Virus record (IMG/VR): IMGVR_UViG_2654587505_000001
Location: 32,001 to 96,000 of that record
Length of the DNA: 64,000 bases
Direction: 5' to 3' (one strand)
Origin: a virus
Lineage: Duplodnaviria > Caudoviricetes
Position 1 is the first letter of the stretch. The number at the start of each line of letters is the position of its first letter. The translations under genes were made by a program, and so were the position numbers. A model generated the notes under the pieces. The model saw nothing but the letters and a program-made list of their open reading frames with translations, was not told the origin of the DNA and made no database searches. Below are positions 20,037 through 28,469 of the stretch, one piece after another.

Positions 20037-20213
20037 ATGTTTAAACAGCACAATATTGTTAATTATTTATCAATCCTTACCAGCATCATTTTAATATGCT
20101 CTATATCCTCTAGTGACTCTGATATTACACGTTACAGTGTTTATATACTAGCAGTTATGACAATCATTATAAGCTTTATATCAATTTTACGGACTAGATC
20201 CCATAACCGTTAG
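20037..20213 (+). CDS. Small two-TM protein (YoyJ-like position)
   Basis: Not in track. 58 aa MFKQHNIVNYLSILTSIILICS...YILAVMTIIISFISIL; RBS AAGGAGG. Confidence 0.6.
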   Translation: MFKQHNIVNYLSILTSIILICSISSSDSDITRYSVYILAVMTIIISFISILRTRSHNR

Positions 20214-20590
20214 TATTGACTCATAATGAGATAATACAATACATAAAACGTTTAAAGCCTATCTCTATAGGCTTTTTTATTATATTTTTATTAGCACTAT
20301 TACATGGACAATCCATAACTCCACCTCACAGGACATATAAACTCCTCATACAATCCTATCTATCTATATCTACTCACAAAGCTTCTATCCTTGCTCATAT
20401 CCTCTTATATGGCCTTTACTTACTCTTTATATCCATTATCATTTTACACGCTATATAATGTAATAAAAACATTAAACAAATAAAAATAAAAAATATAAAA
20501 AAGTGTTTGACAAATTAACTCACATCCTGTAATATAATAATCAAGAATTAGGGGTGAGTCTAGTCCGCATCATTATAGGAGGTTATCCAA

Positions 20591-21748
20591 ATGAAAACAT
20601 TAACTCAGTATATAATTGACTTTGCTACAGATTACGAAAATGTCTTTAATAATCGCGTAATGTCCATTAATACACATAACAATACTATCTATTTCCGCTT
20701 TCGTATCAACGCTAATAAAGCCCATTATTCCCTTGATATGATCAACGTATTTGCTAATGTAACTTACAACGTCGTTACTAACTCAATTAAAGTTGTAACC
20801 GAGAATAGCAAAGGATCACGAAAATATAACTCATACGTAAAATATGAGTGTGAACAACTTGTGAAAATGTTTGTTTCTGAATCTCAAAAGGCTTTAGACG
20901 TTGAAATCAGGGAAGCAAAAAGTCAATGTTATGACCGTTGTCACGTTGAATTATTATCTATGATTGACCAGACAAACACAACTCATAAAAATCTATGTTA
21001 CGGTTATATCAATCAAATATTAGACTTATATCAAGCTGGTGCAAGTGTAGAAGAAATGGAACTAAAATTGATTGAAGTCAAAAAAGAAATGTTGTCAGAT
21101 GTTAGACTATTTCCGAAAGTTGAAAATATGCAAGAAACTTCCAACACTCAAGACGAAACAACAAACAATAATACATACACAGCATATAACCGTTCATTCT
21201 CTTCCTATGATGAGGCATATAACTATTGCATTCAATCAGACTTTGATCCCGAATATATAGAGGCTGTTAGTGCTCCAGCCTCTCAAAACGCCTTACGACT
21301 TGACTTACAATTATTTGCATCTCCCATTGATAACAACGTATCAATCACTAACGGAATATGGATAAAAGGTAACTATACAGTAAAATACATAGTCGAACAC
21401 ACCAAACATGACAAAGACATAAATATAAATTATGATAATATAATCAAATTCGAATGTAAAAACCTACAGCAAGCGCACGAATTAGCAAACTTGTATAAAA
21501 GCCATGATTATAATAATATCTCAATATACTATACCGTTTATAACGCCAACAATGAGCCGATTATAGAGGATTATATCACAGATATGTCGTTTATCATGTC
21601 CGAGTCGGAAAAACGTCGTATAAGTCAAATAAAGCAAGATAACGAGCAATTAATAAAAGAACTGGAACTACACAAAAGTTTCGTGGCTCACTATAAATCC
21701 GAAAAGGTTTTTGATCAATTTAAAGAGAATATAAACAATAAAGAATAA
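20591..21748 (+). CDS. Hypothetical early protein with internal L27-like LRLDLQLFAS motif
   Basis: 385 aa; RBS AGGAGG; upstream TTGACA promoter near 20507. Confidence 0.7.
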   Translation: MKTLTQYIIDFATDYENVFNNRVMSINTHNNTIYFRFRINANKAHYSLDMINVFANVTYNVVTNSIKVVTENSKGSRKYNSYVKYECEQLVKMFVSESQKALDVEIREAKSQCYDRCHVELLSMIDQTNTTHKNLCYGYINQILDLYQAGASVEEMELKLIEVKKEMLSDVRLFPKVENMQETSNTQDETTNNNTYTAYNRSFSSYDEAYNYCIQSDFDPEYIEAVSAPASQNALRLDLQLFASPIDNNVSITNGIWIKGNYTVKYIVEHTKHDKDININYDNIIKFECKNLQQAHELANLYKSHDYNNISIYYTVYNANNEPIIEDYITDMSFIMSESEKRRISQIKQDNEQLIKELELHKSFVAHYKSEKVFDQFKENINNKE

Positions 21749-21814
21749 GCCTATAACAGTCGCACTATTATGTTGTGGGCTTATTTTTAAAAAATTTTAC
21801 TGTGCCTTAAAGGA

Positions 21815-22264
21815 GTGTCTAAAATGTCAACTCAACTAACAACATATTATCGCTTTACCAACTCTAACTCTCCCATGTCCGATTGGGGTCATGCAATGTT
21901 CGCAGAAGATCGTTACAAAGTTGAAAATTACGGCAAAAATGAATATACTATCACATCAGATAAAACTGTTGATATTTATGATATAAAAGATTTGATTATC
22001 AACAAATGGATTGAGTGTCAAGAAAATGAATACTTTGGGTCTCTGTCTGAAACGGGATATTGGTTAACTGTCGATGCAGAAGAAATATTTGAATCTTTTA
22101 ATCCTACAAATATTGTTGATTCTGCCGAAGGTTATGATCATGACATTGTATGCTGGTTGTGGGAAATGGTACTAGAACCAAACAATATCATGGCTGTTAG
22201 AACATATGACGGAGCAGTATGTTTTGACGAAGAATTAATAGAAAAAATTATTGAAGCTGTATAA
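21815..22264 (+). CDS. Hypothetical protein
   Basis: 149-aa ORF, RBS AAGGAG. Confidence 0.65.
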   Translation: MSKMSTQLTTYYRFTNSNSPMSDWGHAMFAEDRYKVENYGKNEYTITSDKTVDIYDIKDLIINKWIECQENEYFGSLSETGYWLTVDAEEIFESFNPTNIVDSAEGYDHDIVCWLWEMVLEPNNIMAVRTYDGAVCFDEELIEKIIEAV

Positions 22265-22572
22265 TATACCACAATTTGTCTTGATCGGTCAATGAATAAT
22301 ACATACCACACTGTATGTAAAGTCGATAGATTTAGTGTAACAGTAACCTTCAAAACAATGCTAAATTTGAATTATTATTATTATTGTAAAAAAGATGAAT
22401 AAATAGATAGATATAAAGCCCACCACTAGGGCTTTTTCTTTTTATTTCCTGATCTTTTATATAAGATTCACAAAATAAATCATTTAAATAAAACATACAA
22501 AAACAATAAAAATATATTGACTGATCAAATAGTAAAGTGTATAATTGACTTATACAAAAGGTGGTGATATAA

Positions 22573-22848
22573 TTGACTCAGGATGAACTATTTATCTTAA
22601 TCAAACGTTTAGCATCTGAACGAAAGTACAAACTCACTTCACATGCACTAATAAGACTAAAGCAACGCAAATTAACTCGAAACGACATCCTAGACATATT
22701 AGAAAATCCAAAAAGGCTAATAAGAGAAGATGTATCAAGCGATGGAGTACATACATATAAGATTGCAGGAGGAATAAACAATCACCGATTAGCAATAGAA
22801 ATACAAGATAACGAACTAATTATTATCATCACGGCTATGAATAAATAG
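22573..22848 (+). CDS. DUF4258-type (RelE/MqsR-like) putative toxin
   Basis: YKLTSHALIRLKQRKLT..DI..IL...IIITA pattern; upstream of a Zn-finger-HTH antitoxin. Confidence 0.7.
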   Translation: MTQDELFILIKRLASERKYKLTSHALIRLKQRKLTRNDILDILENPKRLIREDVSSDGVHTYKIAGGINNHRLAIEIQDNELIIIITAMNK

Positions 22849-22886
22849 TTCATAGCCTTATCATAAACTAAAAGGAGTGCATAAAA

Positions 22887-23309
22887 ATGAAATGCATCAA
22901 ATGCAGATCTGAATCCTTCAATAACTTTTTAGACACTTTAGAATTTGAAATTGACGGTAAAATATTTGTTGTCGAAAACATACCATGCGAACAATGTACA
23001 GTATGCAACGAAAAATATTATGATGATGAAGCAAATCAATATATTGACAAACAACTTGAAATATTTAAAGCAGATGGATTTGAAAACAAGGCCAAAGAAG
23101 TTACAAAAGAAAAAGGATTGACTCAAGAACAGCTAGGTGAATTATTAGGAGTATCTAAGCAGCGTATCAATCAAATATTTAAAGATAATAATCCAGATGT
23201 TAAAACTATGATCAAAATTAGCAAAGCCATAAATGAGCCTATACAAAATGTATTTTCTTTTAATCGGGTTATCAAAAAGGACAATAAATTTTATCTTGAC
23301 AGAAACTAA
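22887..23309 (+). CDS. MqsA/YgiT-type Zn finger plus XRE HTH antitoxin
   Basis: MKCIKC...VENIPCEQCTVCNEKYYD; GLTQEQLGELLGVSKQRINQI. Confidence 0.8.
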   Translation: MKCIKCRSESFNNFLDTLEFEIDGKIFVVENIPCEQCTVCNEKYYDDEANQYIDKQLEIFKADGFENKAKEVTKEKGLTQEQLGELLGVSKQRINQIFKDNNPDVKTMIKISKAINEPIQNVFSFNRVIKKDNKFYLDRN

Positions 23310-23382
23310 AGTAAAATAAACGCTTGACAAATATAACTCAAGCGTTTATTATATAAATATAAATAAAATATAAAAATATGGA

Positions 23383-23586
23383 GTGATTAAAATGACAAAC
23401 ATAATCCAAAAAGCTCTCACAACTTCTGGTTACTATGACATTGAACCAACAGTTTCTAATCTTATCGAATGTTACCTTGATTATGCTGACGCTTATGGTG
23501 GCGATATAGACGACATCCGAGAAGACATCCAGAATGGTGATATCACTGTCAATCAAATGTGTAATGCTTTGATCCGTTGCAACTAA
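23383..23586 (+). CDS. Hypothetical protein
   Basis: Own TTGACA promoter at 23324; RBS GGAGTG. Confidence 0.55.
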   Translation: MIKMTNIIQKALTTSGYYDIEPTVSNLIECYLDYADAYGGDIDDIREDIQNGDITVNQMCNALIRCN

Positions 23587-23610
23587 AAAATATATTGGAG
23601 GTATACTATT

Positions 23611-24147
23611 ATGACTCAATCAATAGAAATGGTTCAAGCCGAATTTGATTTCATTTTTAACCCAGTTAAACCTAATCCTCTAGATTCTTCACAAACAAAC
23701 GAACGTAAAAAATATACTGTCACAGATGCAAATAAACAAGCTTGGTCTAATCAAGTTAAAACTTTTGAGCTAACCAATGTCAACCAAAAATACCTTGAAT
23801 CTTTCCGAAACTCTAAATATCCAAACTATGAAACCGATCCGAAACATAAATCATCTTGGGCGCAATATAAATGTTCTTGCGGTAATTTTATGGAGTTTTT
23901 AAACGGTAAAGACGCTATTTCCATTACTCAAGAGGATATAAATTCTTTTTTATCTGATGTCACAAACGAGAATACAAGAGCCAACCGTACAGCACACATC
24001 AAATCCATGCTTACATATGCACTCAATAAAAATATCTCATTTTGTCGTCAACGTGCAAGCATATTTGTCTTATTGTTTACGGATATGATTCCAGAATGGC
24101 TTTTAAACGATAAAAATATGGTTAAACGACTTACAAGCGGAGAATAA
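23611..24147 (+). CDS. Stand-alone integrase SAM-like (core-binding) domain protein
   Basis: YK....NFMEFL......ITQEDINSFL.....NTRANRTAHIKSMLTYA pattern; no catalytic domain. Confidence 0.5.
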   Translation: MTQSIEMVQAEFDFIFNPVKPNPLDSSQTNERKKYTVTDANKQAWSNQVKTFELTNVNQKYLESFRNSKYPNYETDPKHKSSWAQYKCSCGNFMEFLNGKDAISITQEDINSFLSDVTNENTRANRTAHIKSMLTYALNKNISFCRQRASIFVLLFTDMIPEWLLNDKNMVKRLTSGE

Positions 24148-24323
24148 GCAAATACATCTTAAAATCAATTATAGGAGGTTAAACATTATGTATAAATCAG
24201 GTTATCTGCTCAATGGTAAACTATATGTTAAATCTAAAAATGGCAAAGGATCTATTGAGTTATCACTGGCAGCTTATGCACATCACGAAAAGTAAATAAT
24301 ATAAATTAAAGGAGATAATCAAA

Positions 24324-24650
24324 ATGAAAAAACTATTTCTTATTTCTCTTATCCTATTTTCCTTTTTCTCATCTCAAGCATTCGCTTGCAAACAAATCTC
24401 TAAAACTCTTGAAACTATCGATTATGTTTATTATGATACTCAATCTAACACCTATTACGCTATTACGGTTTCAGACACTTCAGGATCGTTTTGGGTACTT
24501 GATATCATGCAGAGTGATAAGGAGGATCAAAAGGTATTAAAACATCTTAATGACCGTTTTAGAGGCTTGAATGTAATCATTGAATATACAGGAAATTTAA
24601 ATATTATAGATTATGTTGATATTGTTTCGTTTGAGTTTATAAACCATTGA
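24324..24650 (+). CDS. Secreted hypothetical protein
   Basis: Signal peptide MKKLFLISLILFSFFSSQAFA. Confidence 0.6.
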   Translation: MKKLFLISLILFSFFSSQAFACKQISKTLETIDYVYYDTQSNTYYAITVSDTSGSFWVLDIMQSDKEDQKVLKHLNDRFRGLNVIIEYTGNLNIIDYVDIVSFEFINH

Positions 24651-24696
24651 AGATAAAATTTAATTTCATATAAAAATAAAAAATGAAAAATAATGC

Positions 24697-24725
24697 TTGA
24701 CTTTATATATATAAAGAAATAATAT
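24697..24725 (+). promoter_or_regulatory. Early SigA promoter with palindromic operator
   Basis: TTGACT overlapping CTTTATATATATAAAG. Confidence 0.6.
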
Positions 24726-24763
24726 AGAAATATAAATAAATAATACAATTGGAGGTCAGCAAA

Positions 24764-25132
24764 ATGAAGATTCAAGAAATCGGATCATTGAACCTTAACG
24801 AGACAGTTTTTAAACTCAGCGAAAACAGCATTACTGCAAAGGTTAACAATAAAACTAAGGCGGTTATAAACGATGTTCAACTGGTTAGCAACTTACCATT
24901 TAATCGCAAAGTTGATTTAAACGTAAAATTCAATAGCGCATTGAATAAATTTTTCGATAACTTATACATAGGATTGGATAGCACACTTTACTATATCATT
25001 GACCAAAAATATCATGAAGCAGTTGCAAAAATGGCTAATTATGGAAATGACAGTGAATTAAAAGAGATGATGGAAAAGGTTAATGCATTATCTAAATTGA
25101 ATGTAAATGTATTGTTTCTGAATGTTGCATAA
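24764..25132 (+). CDS. Hypothetical protein
   Basis: RBS GGAGG; hairpin after the stop. Confidence 0.6.
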   Translation: MKIQEIGSLNLNETVFKLSENSITAKVNNKTKAVINDVQLVSNLPFNRKVDLNVKFNSALNKFFDNLYIGLDSTLYYIIDQKYHEAVAKMANYGNDSELKEMMEKVNALSKLNVNVLFLNVA

Positions 25133-25183
25133 GAGGGAAAGTTAATTCCCTCTTACCTTTAAAACATTGATTTTATTAGACGA

Positions 25184-25399
25184 ATGGAGGAAAAGAAAAT
25201 GTATAGATTCAAACTTATGGATAAATCAGGGAAGTTATATGACAAGGTTTTTGCCATTATCGATAAGCACGCATTTTTATTTAAAATCTCCAGTGATAAC
25301 GAATATCAGGATAACGACGGGTATGTTATAGAATTTAATTCTTTACCTGCTGGAGCATATGAGGAGATAATAAAGTTAAAAGGAATTATAGAGTTATAA
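25184..25399 (+). CDS. Hypothetical protein
   Basis: ORF with GGAGG RBS (true start probably 25199). Confidence 0.55.
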   Translation: MEEKKMYRFKLMDKSGKLYDKVFAIIDKHAFLFKISSDNEYQDNDGYVIEFNSLPAGAYEEIIKLKGIIEL

Positions 25400-25647
25400 A
25401 AAGGAAGCAAAAAAATGTAAAGATAGCATGTTTGGCGATATTCTTTGTAAAGGAACGGTTTGTTCTCTTACTGATAAATCAGTAACTATTCGTATCTATC
25501 GGAGTAAAACAAAAGGACATACATTGCGAGTTGGCGATATCGGCATGATCACAAAAGTTGGGACATTTATAGTGATACATATAAGGAATTAGACGTTATT
25601 TAATTGAAAATAAAATAAACAAAATATAAAAAATGACTTTTTATGTA

Positions 25648-25675
25648 TTGACTTTATAAATATAAAGTATATAAT
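25648..25675 (+). promoter_or_regulatory. Early SigA promoter with palindromic operator
   Basis: TTGACT...TATAAT enclosing ACTTTATAAATATAAAGT. Confidence 0.65.
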
Positions 25676-25710
25676 GTAGATATAAGGTTTGTACATAGGA
25701 GGCGGTTAGA

Positions 25711-26028
25711 ATGTTTTTTCATAATGACAATCCTGCATATGTTGGCATTATTCCTGCTAACGCGATCTTTATTCAAACTTGTGTATGCTGCAATAAAAAA
25801 CAATTTGATGAAGGGGAAGGCATTGTAACATCTGACGGTTGGGAAGTTTGCTCCATTGAATGCTTAATGACTTGGGAAGGTAAAAACTTCCCTAATCATC
25901 CATTAGTAACGAAAAATGACAAGTGCGTATTTTGCAATGGCAAAGGAAGAATCATGCATTATCATCACATCGAAAACGGAAAGTGCTTTAGGTGCAATGG
26001 TACAGGGAAGAAAAGAAAAACAAATTAG
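25711..26028 (+). CDS. Cys-rich Zn-finger protein
   Basis: CVCC, CSIEC, CVFCNGKG, CFRCNGTG (DnaJ-like CxxCxGxG). Confidence 0.65.
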   Translation: MFFHNDNPAYVGIIPANAIFIQTCVCCNKKQFDEGEGIVTSDGWEVCSIECLMTWEGKNFPNHPLVTKNDKCVFCNGKGRIMHYHHIENGKCFRCNGTGKKRKTN

Positions 26029-26101
26029 AGGGGAATTGTTTCCCTTCTAATTTTTAGTGAAGATTAAAATATATTGTATTGTAAAATGGGAGGTAGCATA
26101 T

Positions 26102-26269
26102 ATGAATCAAAAATTTCTGCATTATGCGTATTTGTTTGTAAAAGAGGAATTAAAAGTAATTGGAGAAAGTATTGAGTCAGAATCAAACATAAACATCAAA
26201 AAACAATTAATTAGTCGTAAAAATGAACTTGAAAATGATTTATTAAATATCGAATCTTTAAAGGAATAA
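26102..26269 (+). CDS. Hypothetical protein
   Basis: RBS GGGAGG. Confidence 0.5.
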   Translation: MNQKFLHYAYLFVKEELKVIGESIESESNINIKKQLISRKNELENDLLNIESLKE

Positions 26270-26753
26270 ATGAGGGAACGATTTTATAAAGAATGTGGTC
26301 TAACAAAACAATAAAATTTAATTTTATTACTCAAAGTGTATAATAATGATGAGGTGATAAAAATGGCTTTTAACTCAAAAAGAGGAAGTCATATAGAATC
26401 TATCATGTTTACTTTGCCCATTGATAAATTGATTGTAGATGGATCGATCAAAGAGTTAACACAAGATGAGTTGTTACAATTTTTAATGAGTAAAAATAAT
26501 TATTAAACCGCCTAACAAGTGGCTTTTCTTTTTTTCTTCATCTTATCTCATTCCATCCACTCAAAAGCCTATACAGACCATTCTAAGCGTTTATAACCTG
26601 CTCCGCGATTATTCCACTATTGTACATATGCATCCGTTTAAATAGGCTTGTTGGCCTTTTAAATTGATTACATCTAAAGAGTAAAATATATAATAATAGT
26701 ATTGCGTTTTATACGTTTATGGTTTATAATGGTTTTAGTTAGTTATTTATTTT

Positions 26754-26963
26754 GTGGAGGTTGAAACATATATGCAAGAAATAAAACCATATACAATGAT
26801 GTATTCTACTATATTTAAGCAAAATGTCGAAGTTATTCGAGTTTATAAAGACACTGTAACAATCAGGGTAACGGCTGGAGGATTGCGCGAAGGTGAATTA
26901 ATGACATTTCGGGGACAGAGAAAAGATACTTTGTTGCCGATAAAGAGATTAAAGAGTGAATAA
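26754..26963 (+). CDS. Hypothetical protein
   Basis: Promoter TTGCGT...TATAAT near 26702; RBS GGAGG. Confidence 0.55.
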   Translation: MEVETYMQEIKPYTMMYSTIFKQNVEVIRVYKDTVTIRVTAGGLREGELMTFRGQRKDTLLPIKRLKSE

Positions 26964-27019
26964 ATGATAAACTTTAATACCATTTAAAATTATGATAAAA
27001 TAATAGCGGAGGCGATTTT

Positions 27020-27349
27020 ATGAAAGTATTAACATTGAATTTTAACGAAGAAACAGAGGCGAGCGTACTAGAATTTCAGGAAGGTACATACGAAAGTTGG
27101 AATAACTATGTAAGAGAATGTTGTGAGAGTACTTTTCATGTAGAATTTAATTATAAGGGAATTGATTTCAGCGAGGAATTAGTTGTTAAAGCTTTAACGG
27201 ATCATTTTAGTACGTTCGATGAACCTGTTAATTCAGAAGAGTTTCACAATATGTTTAGAGATCATAGCAAACATGTTAATGACAATGAGATGACAAAAAT
27301 TAAACGAATTTGTTTAAATTACCTTAGAAAAGTATTATTTGAAGACTAA
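27020..27349 (+). CDS. Hypothetical protein
   Basis: RBS GGAGG. Confidence 0.6.
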   Translation: MKVLTLNFNEETEASVLEFQEGTYESWNNYVRECCESTFHVEFNYKGIDFSEELVVKALTDHFSTFDEPVNSEEFHNMFRDHSKHVNDNEMTKIKRICLNYLRKVLFED

Positions 27350-27628
27350 ATTTTATACATGAAGAGATTAGTACGCTTGGAGCCGATCCAAGTATAAATA
27401 AGCAATAATGAGTTTGTTTCAATACTCACTATGGGAAAGAATACCTCCAAATTCTTGAGGAAGTGCTAAGAGAAGAAATAGGTGAATGGACTGTATATGA
27501 AATGGGATACACAGGACGAAAAACGTATAGATAAAACTGATATATAAAAAATAATAAAACCACTTGCAAAAGTGGTTATCTTGCTTTATAATTATAAATA
27601 TAAAATACATAAATGGAGGTTTTGAATT

Positions 27629-28063
27629 ATGAAACGTGAAAGACGAACTAAAAGAGATATTGAAAACATGCGCCATGAATGTACAATGTATCTACTTCAA
27701 TACAAACTTGATCCTCATAAAGCATTTGAAGCAATGGTAAAGGATTGCTTAATATCTGGTCAGTCGATTCCATACTACATAAAAGGTATTAAAGACTTTA
27801 TTAGAGTATCCGAAGAATTAAAGGTTAAATTGAGCAGAACAGAAAAAGAAGAAGAAAAAGAACAAAAAGAAAATCCTATTGATAAACTAAAAAAGATCAC
27901 ACCAGAACAATATAAAGCAGAAATAATGCCGATATTTAAACAACAAACCGACAAAGAAATAAAAATAAGTCTGGTTAATCTCTGGCAATGTATCGATGGA
28001 AATTGTTTTAAATCAATTACAAATCAGGATATTAGATATTATCAAGAATTGAATATCGTATAG
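27629..28063 (+). CDS. Hypothetical protein
   Basis: Promoter TTGCAA...TATAAT; RBS GGAGG. Confidence 0.6.
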   Translation: MKRERRTKRDIENMRHECTMYLLQYKLDPHKAFEAMVKDCLISGQSIPYYIKGIKDFIRVSEELKVKLSRTEKEEEKEQKENPIDKLKKITPEQYKAEIMPIFKQQTDKEIKISLVNLWQCIDGNCFKSITNQDIRYYQELNIV

Positions 28064-28185
28064 GGTAATAAAATTTCAGTTTCATTACCTTTTTAATAAA
28101 TAAAATATGCAAAACATATTTACAATTATAAATCCTTGGTTTATAATATAATTATATTAAACAAATAATTATAGGAGGATAAAAA

Positions 28186-28368
28186 ATGAAATATGTAAAA
28201 GGTGAAATTGTGGAACAATTCGGTTCATTATATTTAATAGAAAATGTTTATCAACTTTCTGATGAATACATGAAAAAACATGATTTATACCACAAAAACC
28301 GAGTAACACTAATCAAAATCAGCGGTATAAACGGTATGGATCGATTAGATTTTGCCATAACTCAATAA
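28186..28368 (+). CDS. Hypothetical protein
   Basis: Promoter TTTACA...TATAAT; RBS AGGAGG. Confidence 0.55.
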   Translation: MKYVKGEIVEQFGSLYLIENVYQLSDEYMKKHDLYHKNRVTLIKISGINGMDRLDFAITQ

Positions 28369-28469
28369 CTCGTGCCAGCGAGTTTAAATAGACCAATAGG
28401 CTGGCAGCGTTCCACTCATAAAGAGTGGAGGAGGTAAGCAAAATACATAGTTTAAAGGAGTTGTCTAAT

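Noticed and set aside
20216-20458. 80-aa hydrophobic ORF
   Set aside because: No RBS; spans a terminator-like hairpin in skewed non-coding DNA
27350-27545. Possible ncRNA between ORFs
   Set aside because: Reads more like a decayed coding fragment; no convincing structure
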